Positions 39,880 through 48,483 of a stretch of DNA of 64,000 nucleotides are shown in pieces; the first letter of the stretch is position 1, and the number at the start of each line of letters is the position of its first letter. Made by a program: the position numbers and the translations under genes. This DNA is from Acidobacteriota bacterium. GTDB lineage: Bacteria > Acidobacteriota > UBA890 > WLXD01. The notes beneath the pieces were generated by a model. It was not told where the DNA came from. It worked only from the letters and a program-made list of their open reading frames with translations, and searched no databases. The stretch is from positions 64,001 through 128,000 of the forward strand of contig CAXWPH010000014.1 of the NCBI GenBank assembly GCA_963666055.2, in the 5' to 3' direction.

Positions 39880-41016
39880 CTAAGCGGGCGGTTCGGGCGG
39901 CTGGAGATACCCTTCTATGGCCCAATCGGGACCGAGCCGGTGCAGGCGAACTCGCTGCACCCGAGGCGCCGAGGCGAGCTCCGCAATGCCGTCGCCGCCC
40001 CAGAGCGGCAGCGCCTCTTGCCCGCCGATCAACAGCGGAGCGTAAAACAGCATCACCTTGTCGATTATACCAAGCTCGAACGCGTTGGTTAGCAGGGCGC
40101 TACCGCCCTCGATCAACACCGACGCCACATCGAGATCACCGAGTCGAGCCAGCATGTCCTCGAGATCGACGCGACCGCTAGACGTCGCCTTGGCGTCGAT
40201 GACCCGTGCACCGCTGGCCTCTAGACGTCGGCGCAACTTCACATCGCCCGCCGAGGTGGTGAACACCAGCGGCGCGCCGGCTGTCTCCTGCAGGAGCCGT
40301 GCATCGGGCGGCGTATCGAGCCGCGCGTCGACGACGACGCGATAGCGCGGCTGATGGGCGCCCGCTGCACGCGCGGTGAGTCGCGGATCGTCCGCGAGCA
40401 GCGTACCTATCCCGACGACCACAGCGTCAACAGTGCCGCGCACTTGGTGTGCGAAGTGCCGTGCCTCCTCGCCGGTGATCCACTGGGATCCTCCGCTGCT
40501 GGTGGCCATACGGCCGTCAAGCGACAAGGCGGCCTTGGCGATGACCAGAGGCCTACCGGTACGCTTGAGCTTCAGGTATGCGGCATTGAGCTCAGCGGCC
40601 TCGGTCGCCAACGGTCCGATCAAGACCTCCACTCCGGCGCCCCGTAGTGCCTCGAAGCCGCGGCCGGCAACACGCTCGTCGGGATCGCCGTGCGATGACA
40701 CCACAGCACGCACGCCGGCCGCAATGATCGCTTCCACACACGGTGGCGTTCGCCCCTGGTGGAAACAGGGTTCTACATTGGTGTATAGCGTCGCGCCGCG
40801 CGCCGCAGCACCAGCCTGTGCCAGGGCCACCTGCTCGGCGTGCGGATCGCCACTGCGACGGTGATACCCGCGGCCGATGACCTCACCATTGGTGACCAGT
40901 ACGGCGCCTACGAGTGGATTCGAGCCAGTGTCGCCACGCGCTTTGACCGCCAGATCGAGACACTCCTGAATATGGATCAGGTGCGCGTCGTCTTGGCTAG
41001 CCGGTCGATTGCTCAT
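39880..41016 (-). CDS. ribD: Riboflavin biosynthesis deaminase/reductase
   Basis: NPLVGAV, HAE, EPCxH..PPC, SLDG, SQWIT, IEGG. Confidence 0.96.
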   Translation of the reverse strand: MSNRPASQDDAHLIHIQECLDLAVKARGDTGSNPLVGAVLVTNGEVIGRGYHRRSGDPHAEQVALAQAGAAARGATLYTNVEPCFHQGRTPPCVEAIIAAGVRAVVSSHGDPDERVAGRGFEALRGAGVEVLIGPLATEAAELNAAYLKLKRTGRPLVIAKAALSLDGRMATSSGGSQWITGEEARHFAHQVRGTVDAVVVGIGTLLADDPRLTARAAGAHQPRYRVVVDARLDTPPDARLLQETAGAPLVFTTSAGDVKLRRRLEASGARVIDAKATSSGRVDLEDMLARLGDLDVASVLIEGGSALLTNAFELGIIDKVMLFYAPLLIGGQEALPLWGGDGIAELASAPRVQRVRLHRLGPDWAIEGYLQPPEPPA

Positions 41017-41906
41017 CCGTCGGTCTCTCCGATCAGCGCTTCAACATAACCGGCGGCGTCGAATCTCGCGAGATCCTCTGCCCCCTCGCCCGTGCCTACG
41101 AACCTTATCGGCAGTGCTAGACGGCGCGCGATGGTCAAGGCCACCCCCCCCTTGGCGGTGCCGTCGAGCTTGGCGAGTACGAGCCCGGTGACGTCAGCGT
41201 AACGGAGAAACTGCTCGGCTTGCTGGAGACCGTTCTGACCAGTGGTGCCATCGAGTACCAGCAGGGTCTCGTGTGGCGCATCCTTTACAACCCGCGACGC
41301 GACGCGTCGGATCTTGTCGAGCTCGGACATCAAGTTGTCGTGCGTCTGCAGTCGACCAGCGGTGTCGATGATGCCGACGTCGGCCTTCCGTGCGACCACC
41401 GCTTCACAGGTGTCGAACACCACGGCTGCAGGATCGCCGCCGTGCGGGTGAGCAATGACCCTTACGTCGAGCCGGCGACCCCACGTCTGTAGCTGCTCAA
41501 CTGCCGCAGCCCGGAACGTGTCTGCGGCACCCAGGATCGCCGTTTGACCTCGGGCTTGATACCAGCGCGCCAGCTTGGCAGCGGTGGTCGTCTTGCCCGA
41601 CCCGTTGACCCCAACCAGCAGGACGATCAGCGGCCGCCGGGCCGGTGGATCGTTCTCGGCAGCCTCGAGGAACTCGACCATTGTCTCCACGAGCCGCGCC
41701 CGCGCGACACCCGGATCAGTGCTGGCGCCGCGAACTACCTGTAGCAGCTCATCGACAGTATCGACTGCAACGTCGGCACCGATGAGCGCTTCTTCCAGGG
41801 CCTCGAGGTCGCGCTCCGCCAGGAGCCCGCCGGGGAGCAGCCGTCCCAGCGCCGACGCCAACCGGACGCGGCTCTTGCTCAGCGAGCGTGTCAGGAAGTT
41901 GGCCAC
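41013..41906 (-). CDS. ftsY: SRP receptor FtsY (short, NG domain only)
   Basis: GVNGSGKTT, DTFRAAA, DTAGRL, KLDGTAKGG; start set at GTG 41906 because the upstream in-frame extension lies in the repeat. Confidence 0.95.
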   Translation of the reverse strand: MANFLTRSLSKSRVRLASALGRLLPGGLLAERDLEALEEALIGADVAVDTVDELLQVVRGASTDPGVARARLVETMVEFLEAAENDPPARRPLIVLLVGVNGSGKTTTAAKLARWYQARGQTAILGAADTFRAAAVEQLQTWGRRLDVRVIAHPHGGDPAAVVFDTCEAVVARKADVGIIDTAGRLQTHDNLMSELDKIRRVASRVVKDAPHETLLVLDGTTGQNGLQQAEQFLRYADVTGLVLAKLDGTAKGGVALTIARRLALPIRFVGTGEGAEDLARFDAAGYVEALIGETDG

Positions 41907-41928
41907 CGTCGCCGGCCAGCGGATCCTA

Positions 41929-42201
41929 GCAGGCCGTGGTGAAAGTGTGGTGGGTCTGGTTACGGCGAGTTGGGGCCAGATACAAGGGGGCCTGACAATG
42001 GCGATGCCCCGGCCATCGTCGAGGAAGGCCAACGCCGCAAATGGCCCCAAGTCGCCGTAACCCTTCGGGCGGCAGGGGGTTGCGCGCGTATGCTGCGTTG
42101 TTCCTCGTCAACGATGCGGTAATCATCGCCTCCTCCTCTCTCCTTGCCTCCACTTCGCAAGACCCTGTCGCCAGACCCACCACACTTTCACCACGGCCTG
42201 C
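41929..42201. mobile_element. MITE-like structured repeat, copy 3 (273 bp)
   Basis: Perfect 31/31 TIR, flanked C-TA..TA-G; abuts TAG stop of the TPR gene. Confidence 0.88.
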
Positions 42202-42998
42202 TAGCTGGATTCCGAGTGTTGTAGCTGTCGTAGGATCTCCAGCGCCTGCTCGGCCAGCGGACTGCCCGGTGCCAGTCGGAGAACCTGTTGCAGATGATCG
42301 ACCGCCTGTTCGCTGGTACCGAGATCTCGATGCGCCAGGCCTCGCAGCAACTCGCCCCGCGGCGACGATGGCACAGCGCCCAGGCTCTCCAGGGCCGCGA
42401 GCGCCTCCCGTGGCCGCCCGTTCTTGATTAACGCGTCGGCAAGCGACATGTGCATGAGCGGGTACAACGGATCGTTCGACGGAACCGCGGCGCGAGTCGC
42501 CTCGCTGAGGACCGGGATGGCCGCTTCAACGTCGCCCTGCTGCAAGTAGACGTTGCCGAGGTTTACCAGCACACGAGCGCGTGAGATACGCGGGTAGACC
42601 GGGTCGTCCAGGGCGGCTCGATAGTGCTCGATCGCGCGCGCCAGGTCGCCGCGCCGAACCCAGTGGACGCCGAGCCAGTTGTGCGTCTCGGTGAGCTGCG
42701 GATTCATCCGCAAGGCGGAGAGAAACTCCGCCTCGGCCGCCTCGAAGTCGTCGAGCTGCGTGTAGACGACTCCCAGCCACATACGCGACTCGGCGTTCTC
42801 CGCATAGATACCCACCGACTTGCGGAGAGCAACCAACGCCTGGCGGAGCTGGTTGTTGGCGATGAACTGAACTGCCAACTGCTGCAACTCAGTGGGATCG
42901 TCGCTGTTGGCGATCAACGGATCGACCGCACGCTGCGCCGAGGCTAATGGCACGCCGGAGCTAGCGATCAGCAGTGCAAGGGCGATGCTCCGGAGCAT
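42201..42998 (-). CDS. Secreted tetratricopeptide-repeat protein (PilF/PilW-like)
   Basis: Signal peptide; tandem TPR helices (LGVVY..AEAEF..AL..NP, HNWLG..A..Y..ALDDPVYP..NLG). Confidence 0.75.
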   Translation of the reverse strand: MLRSIALALLIASSGVPLASAQRAVDPLIANSDDPTELQQLAVQFIANNQLRQALVALRKSVGIYAENAESRMWLGVVYTQLDDFEAAEAEFLSALRMNPQLTETHNWLGVHWVRRGDLARAIEHYRAALDDPVYPRISRARVLVNLGNVYLQQGDVEAAIPVLSEATRAAVPSNDPLYPLMHMSLADALIKNGRPREALAALESLGAVPSSPRGELLRGLAHRDLGTSEQAVDHLQQVLRLAPGSPLAEQALEILRQLQHSESS

Positions 42999-43163
42999 AC
43001 GCGTCCCCCAACCAGAGTACGTTCAGAACCTGATAGCCGCCCCCCGGCAATCACCGAGATCGTAGCATGCCCGGTGCGCGGAGGGACCGCCGGGCGGCCG
43101 TGCGGCCGGGTGCTCAGCCCGGTGCTCCGTCCGGGTGACGACACGCCGTTTGGCGACGCCTTA

Positions 43164-43245
43164 GCAGGGCCGTGGTGGAAGCATGGCGGGCCTGGTTACG
43201 GCGAGTTGGGGTCAGATGCAAGGGGACCTGACGCAGGCGATGCCC
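43164..43245. mobile_element. Truncated, more diverged repeat copy (left 82 bp only)
   Basis: T-TA then GCAGGGCCGTGGTGGAAGCATGGCGGGCCTGG..GCGATGCCC, ending at the internal CTAG where copy 4 begins. Confidence 0.85.
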
Positions 43246-43247
43246 TA

Positions 43248-43520
43248 GCAGGCCGTGGTGAAAGTGTGGTGGGTCTGGTTACGGCGAGTTGGGGCCAGAT
43301 GCAAGGCGGCCTGACACAGGCGATGCCCTAGCCATCGTCCAGGAAGGCCAACGCCGCAAATGGCCCCAAATCGCCGTAACCCTTCGGGCGACAGGGGGTT
43401 GCGCGCGTATCCTGCGTCGTTCCTCGTCAACGATGGGGTAGCCATCGCCTCCTCCTCTCTCCTTGCCTCCACTTCGCAAGTCCCTGTCGCCAGTCCCACC
43501 ACACTTTCACCACCGCCTGC
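43248..43520. mobile_element. MITE-like structured repeat, copy 4 (273 bp)
   Basis: TIR 29/31, flanked C-TA..TA-A; 12 bp downstream of gpsA stop. Confidence 0.88.
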
Positions 43521-43532
43521 TAACAGGGACAG

Positions 43533-44558
43533 CTAACCCCACTCCTCGACCAGGGCTCGCGCTAGCAACTCATCGATCGCCTGTCTCGCCGGCTTGCCGC
43601 CGTAAAGCACTCGATAGACCTGCTCGGCGATCGGCATCTCCACCCCGTGGCGCCGAGCGATCTGACGCACTGAACGCGTCGTAGCGACCCCTTCGGCCAC
43701 CATCGCCATGCCCCGTGTCACCTCTTCGAGGGTCTGGCCACGACCGATGGCCACCCCGACACCACGATTGCGGCTCAACGGACCATTACACGTGAGCACG
43801 AGATCACCGAGACCCGCCAGCCCCATCATTGTCTCGGCCCGCCCGCCAAGCTCCAGGGCAAGCGTCGTCATTTCTTTCAGCCCCCGACATATCAAGGCTG
43901 CACTGCTGTTGGCACCGAGCCCAAGGCCGACAACGATCCCTGCTGCCACGGCGATGACATTCTTCAGAGCGCCGGCGATCTCCACTCCGATGAGGTCGGG
44001 GTTGCGGTAGACGCGCAACGGACCGTAGCTGAGGGCGGTCTGGACGTCCGCGGCGGCTACCGCATCGGCACAGCCGAGGGTCACCGCCGTAGGCTGGCCT
44101 TCGGCCAGCTCGCGCGCGAACGAGGGTCCCGACAAGGAGGAAAGAGACCGCACCGAGACCGGGACTACCTCTTGCAGCAACTGGGTCATGCGCAGGCCAC
44201 TATCTTCTTCGATTCCCTTCGTTGCCGAGATCAAGTGTGCCTCGGCCTCGACACAGGCCCCCAGTCCCGCCCACACGTCACGCAGGAAACGGGAGGGAAT
44301 CGCGCTGATCACCAGTCTCGCGCCATGCAACGCTTCCCCGGCTACCGCAGTCACGCGCATTGCTTCCGGGAAGGGAACACCGGCCAAGTAGACGGCGTTC
44401 TCGCGCTCCTCGCGCATGCGTGCCACCTTGGCGGGGTCGTGACCCCAGAGCACGACATCGTGTCCCGCAGAGGCGGTGTGAATCGCCAGTGCCGTGCCCC
44501 ACGACCCGGCACCCATCACTGCGACCCGCGTGGCCTGCGGCAACGATGACCTGGTCAT
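43533..44558 (-). CDS. gpsA: NAD(P)H-dependent glycerol-3-phosphate dehydrogenase
   Basis: GAGSWGTA, SGPSFA, GALKNV, GLGDLVLTC, SRN. Confidence 0.96.
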   Translation of the reverse strand: MTRSSLPQATRVAVMGAGSWGTALAIHTASAGHDVVLWGHDPAKVARMREERENAVYLAGVPFPEAMRVTAVAGEALHGARLVISAIPSRFLRDVWAGLGACVEAEAHLISATKGIEEDSGLRMTQLLQEVVPVSVRSLSSLSGPSFARELAEGQPTAVTLGCADAVAAADVQTALSYGPLRVYRNPDLIGVEIAGALKNVIAVAAGIVVGLGLGANSSAALICRGLKEMTTLALELGGRAETMMGLAGLGDLVLTCNGPLSRNRGVGVAIGRGQTLEEVTRGMAMVAEGVATTRSVRQIARRHGVEMPIAEQVYRVLYGGKPARQAIDELLARALVEEWG

Positions 44559-45154
44559 GGTCGTTCGCTCCCGGTCCGTGGCTCGTCGCCGGCGCGGAGC
44601 CGAGCGATGTTGTCGGCGTGGCGCACGACAACCACGGCCGCCACCAGCGCCGCGCCTACTACTACCGCCGTAGGCTCACCCGTGACGAGGCCGCCGATCG
44701 GGAGCAACAACGCGGCGCTGAGCGACGCCAACGATACCGTTCGAGACCATCCGACCACCAGCGCGAAGGCGATCAGCGCGACCACGGCAGCCCACGGGCT
44801 CATCACACCGAAGGCGCCGAACATTGTCGCCACTCCTTTGCCACCGCGCCACCGTAACCAGGGCGTAAAGCAATGGCCCAGTACTGCACCCACTCCACCG
44901 GCGACCGCCACTGCCGGAACACCGGGTGCCAGCATGTCGCCGAGCAATACTCCCACCGCCCCCTTGCCGGCATCGGCAGCGAGCGCCAGCGCCCAACCAA
45001 CCGGACCGAGCACGCGGCCGACATTCGTGGCACCGATGTTGCCACTGCCCACCGAACGAATATCCCCTCGACCCAGCAGGCGCACGAGGAGAAACCCGAA
45101 CGGCACGCTGCCGACAGCGAACCCCGCGACAAGCGCGACGACGGCTGTTCCCAA
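44555..45154 (-). CDS. plsY: Glycerol-3-phosphate acyltransferase
   Basis: DIRSVGSGNIGATN, GGKGVAT, HADNIARL. Confidence 0.95.
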   Translation of the reverse strand: MGTAVVALVAGFAVGSVPFGFLLVRLLGRGDIRSVGSGNIGATNVGRVLGPVGWALALAADAGKGAVGVLLGDMLAPGVPAVAVAGGVGAVLGHCFTPWLRWRGGKGVATMFGAFGVMSPWAAVVALIAFALVVGWSRTVSLASLSAALLLPIGGLVTGEPTAVVVGAALVAAVVVVRHADNIARLRAGDEPRTGSERP

Positions 45155-45157
45155 CGC

Positions 45158-45676
45158 TTACTCCTGCACGAGAGCGGGGTCGTGATCGCGCACGACCTCC
45201 TCAATGAGGCAGCGCAACAGGCCGCCCGTCGCGGCTTGGCGCACAGCGATGCGATCGCCATCGTATACGTACCGCAGCGCACGCACTCGGTTGACTCCCG
45301 AAACCACCAGGTAGGCCGTCCCCACCGGATCAGGGCCGTCTGTGCTCGGCCCGGCCCAACCAGTAACGGCCGCCCCGTACGTACTCCGTGCGAGGTCACG
45401 CACGCGGCATGCCAGATCACGTGTGGTGGCCTCCGACACCGTGCCGTGCGCGCCAAGCATGTCGGCGGACGCGCCGATCAACTGGCGCTTCGCATCGGCG
45501 GTGTAGGCCACCACTGATCCCCAGAAGCACACCGATGCCCCGGGCACTCTGGTCAGCGCTGCGCCGACTTCGCCGCCCGTGCACGACTCCACGACCGCGA
45601 GCGTGTCCCCGCCAGCGGTCAACAGCGCCACCAGGCGTGCTGCGAGCTCGTCGACAGTGATCAGATCGGCAACCAT
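45158..45676 (-). CDS. CinA C-terminal domain protein (NMN deamidase PncC-like)
   Basis: ESCTGG, PGAS, YTADAK, GTVS, TGWAGP; no N-terminal MocF domain. Confidence 0.85.
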   Translation of the reverse strand: MVADLITVDELAARLVALLTAGGDTLAVVESCTGGEVGAALTRVPGASVCFWGSVVAYTADAKRQLIGASADMLGAHGTVSEATTRDLACRVRDLARSTYGAAVTGWAGPSTDGPDPVGTAYLVVSGVNRVRALRYVYDGDRIAVRQAATGGLLRCLIEEVVRDHDPALVQE

Positions 45677-46119
45677 GGCGCCACCAGGTGCACCAGCGCC
45701 AGCGCGTAAAGACCAGCGAGCACATCGTCAGCCATGATGCCCCACCCTGCCGGCAAAGCTTCGGCCTGACGCACCGGGAACGGCTTGACGATATCGAAGA
45801 ATCGGAAGAGGAAGAACGCCAGCACTCCGGCGGCCCAGCCGCTCGTGCCCAGCAAAGCGACCCACATGCCGGCGAGCTCGTCGACCACCACCTCCGAAGG
45901 ATCCTCCGTCTCCAGGGATCGGCTAACGCGGGTCGCGGCCACCGCACCGACCACGATCACCACGAGCGTAGCAGCGGCTTGGGTAGCAGCAGGTCGTGCG
46001 GCGAGCAACGGCCAGAAGAGCGCCAATCCCAGCAGGGAGCCCCAGGTTCCCGGAGGCCAAATGAACCCGATACCCAAGCAGCTCGTCAGTACCCGCGACG
46101 CCCGAGTGATCGGGCTCAC
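45661..46119 (-). CDS. pgpA: Phosphatidylglycerophosphatase A
   Basis: PGTWGS, DPSEVVVDE, FRFFDIVKP, GIMADD. Confidence 0.94.
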   Translation of the reverse strand: MSPITRASRVLTSCLGIGFIWPPGTWGSLLGLALFWPLLAARPAATQAAATLVVIVVGAVAATRVSRSLETEDPSEVVVDELAGMWVALLGTSGWAAGVLAFFLFRFFDIVKPFPVRQAEALPAGWGIMADDVLAGLYALALVHLVAPWLPI

Positions 46120-47411
46120 GGCTCCAGACGCCCGAGCATTCGGGGGAACGGAATCGTCTCGCGCAGGTGCGAACGGCCGGTGACCCAGGCAACGAGGCGC
46201 TCCAACCCCATGCCAAAGCCCGAGTGCGGCACCGTTCCGTAGCGTCTCAGATCCATGTACCAGGAGTACGACTCAAGGGGCAAGCCATGCTCCCGCAAAC
46301 GAGACTCCAGCAGATCCGGATCGTGAATACGCTGGCCGCCGCCGACGAGCTCCCCGCAGCCCTCGGGGGCAATCATGTCGCATCCCAGCACCAGATCCGG
46401 CCGCTCGGCGTCCGGCTCCATGTAGAAGGGCTTGATCTTGGTCGGGAATCGGTTGATGAATACGGGACGATCGTAGGCGTCCGAGATGACCGTCTCGTGG
46501 CCGCCGCCGAAGTCGCTGCCCCAATCGAAATCCTCCCCGGCTTTCTGGAGGATCTGCACCGCCTCGTCGTAGTGGATGCGCGGGAACGGGCTGAGCACGT
46601 TCTGCAGCCGCTGGGTGTCGCGCTCGAGCGTCGCCAGCTCGTCGGCGCAAGCCGTCAATGCTCCTTGCACCACCGTGACGATAAAGTCCTCTGCCAGATC
46701 CATGATGTCCTCGAGGTCCGCGTACGCAACCTCCGGCTCGAGCATCCAGAACTCTGTCAGATGACGGCGCGTCTTCGACTTTTCGGCACGGAAGGTGGGT
46801 CCGAAGCAGAAGACCTTACCGTGCGCCATCGCTGCGGCCTCCTGATACAGCTGACCGCTCTGCGTGAGATAGGCCGAACGTCCGAAGTAGTCGGTCTCGA
46901 ACAGACTCGTCGTACCCTCGACCGACAGCGGCGTCAGGATCGGACTGTCGATGAGGGTGAAGCCGCGATCGTAAAAATAGTCGCGACACAGCTTCTGGAG
47001 CTTGCTGCGAACCCGCAGGATCGCGTGTTGCTGTGATGACCGCAGCCACAGGTGGCGCCGGTCCATCAGAAACTCGATGCCATGCCCCTTCGGGGTGATC
47101 GGGTAATCGTGGACCTGCTGAAGCACTTCCATCTCGGCTATCCCGATCTCAACGCCGCCGAGGGCGCGCTCGTCTGCCTTCACCCGCCCGGTAACAACGA
47201 TCGCTGATTCCTGGCCCAATCCGTCGATCAACTCCCAAACCACGTCGCCGATCTTGCTGCGCACCGCCACTGCCTGCACGACGCCGGTGCCATCGCGAAC
47301 CTGTAAGAATGCGATCTTGCCGCTGGAACGTTTATTGTAGAGCCAGCCACGGAGGCACACCTCCGAATCGAGGTGATCGGCGAGATCCTCGATGTATACG
47401 AACGGTGGCAA
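46116..47411 (-). CDS. asnS: Asparagine--tRNA ligase
   Basis: RHLWLR, YLTQSGQL, FGPTFRAEKSKTRRHLTEFWMLEPE, PHSGFGMGLER; start set at TTG 47411 after GGAG. Confidence 0.96.
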   Translation of the reverse strand: MPPFVYIEDLADHLDSEVCLRGWLYNKRSSGKIAFLQVRDGTGVVQAVAVRSKIGDVVWELIDGLGQESAIVVTGRVKADERALGGVEIGIAEMEVLQQVHDYPITPKGHGIEFLMDRRHLWLRSSQQHAILRVRSKLQKLCRDYFYDRGFTLIDSPILTPLSVEGTTSLFETDYFGRSAYLTQSGQLYQEAAAMAHGKVFCFGPTFRAEKSKTRRHLTEFWMLEPEVAYADLEDIMDLAEDFIVTVVQGALTACADELATLERDTQRLQNVLSPFPRIHYDEAVQILQKAGEDFDWGSDFGGGHETVISDAYDRPVFINRFPTKIKPFYMEPDAERPDLVLGCDMIAPEGCGELVGGGQRIHDPDLLESRLREHGLPLESYSWYMDLRRYGTVPHSGFGMGLERLVAWVTGRSHLRETIPFPRMLGRLEP

Positions 47412-47472
47412 ATTACCGGCTCCGTCAGCGATTGGAGGTGACCAGGAAAGGTACCGTCGCACTCAGTGCAAG

Positions 47473-48483
47473 TCACGCCGTGAGGCGATCAAAGGCCTGC
47501 AGCTGCCGCAAGACATCGTCCCAACCCAGCGCCACCAGCGCGGCGCGGGCGTTCTTCCACGTCCGCGGTGCGTAGCGCGCATAGTCGGGATTTCCGGCGA
47601 TCGTTACCTGGTATCCAAATGTCCCGAGAGCCTTGAGGCAGCGCTGCACGCCGACCAGGCAGAAGGCCTGTCGAGCTGAGGCCGGCAGGCCGGCCGGGCC
47701 CGTCGGAATCTCGGCGCCATCAGAGGCTTGGAGCCGACAGCGGCAGCCTGCCCAGAAACTCGCCAACGTGGCGGCCGCCACGGCCGGGTCGACGTCACAA
47801 TAGTTGTCCCAGACCAGCGACGCCATGTCGTACAACAGCGGCCCCGGCATGACATCCTGGAAATCGAGCACCATCAACCGGTCGCCGGTCACCAGCAGAT
47901 TGCGCGCGTGATAGTCACGGTGGCACAGCACAAGCGGCTGCCGCTCAACCTCGGATACCAGACGGTCGTAGGCTCGAGCGCGGCGACCGCCACCGTCACC
48001 GACCCCGAGCCAACCGCGCAGCGCATGCTGCTCCATGAAATCGAGCTCCCAACGTAGCCGAGAAGCATCCAGGCGCAGATCCGAGTTAGGGGCCGCGGCG
48101 CGGCGGCCATGGCGCTGCAGACGTACGATGACCCGCGCCGCCTGACGGTACAGTCGCATGAGTCGTCCCGGCTTGGCCTGATCGAGAAGCTCGTCGCCAC
48201 CGTCTTCTACCACCAAGGCGCGAGCACCGACCGATCGCACCCGCGGCACTCGGACCCCGGCGCGCCGGAAGAATTCCGCCGTCTTCAAGTAGCGGGCCGC
48301 ACCATCACGCTCGTCTGCGGGATAGACCACCAGGATGCTCGACTCTGGCGCTGTGGCCACGCGAAAGAACCTACGGCTCGAAGCGTGACCGGTCAGTCGC
48401 TCCAAGTGCACACCGGGGGGCAGCGCCAGCCCCTCCAGGACGCCCTCGACCGCAAGCTCGGCGAATGTCGCTTGACCCGTCAT
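47473..48483 (-). CDS. APH-family phosphotransferase, AmgK-like sugar kinase
   Basis: ASSRRFFR, HRDYHARNL, LDFQD, YDMASL, QRCLKALGTF. Confidence 0.8.
   Translation of the reverse strand: MTGQATFAELAVEGVLEGLALPPGVHLERLTGHASSRRFFRVATAPESSILVVYPADERDGAARYLKTAEFFRRAGVRVPRVRSVGARALVVEDGGDELLDQAKPGRLMRLYRQAARVIVRLQRHGRRAAAPNSDLRLDASRLRWELDFMEQHALRGWLGVGDGGGRRARAYDRLVSEVERQPLVLCHRDYHARNLLVTGDRLMVLDFQDVMPGPLLYDMASLVWDNYCDVDPAVAAATLASFWAGCRCRLQASDGAEIPTGPAGLPASARQAFCLVGVQRCLKALGTFGYQVTIAGNPDYARYAPRTWKNARAALVALGWDDVLRQLQAFDRLTA

Noticed and set aside
41907-42050. 48-aa N-terminal extension of FtsY in the ORF track
   Set aside because: Most of it is encoded by repeat copy 3; the same peptide appears at copy 2, so GTG 41906 is the likelier start
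5231-43520. Repeats as CRISPR array, tRNA, SRP RNA or riboswitch
   Set aside because: Copies are dispersed, with no spacers, cas genes, cloverleaf or recognisable aptamer, and lie after stop codons of unrelated genes
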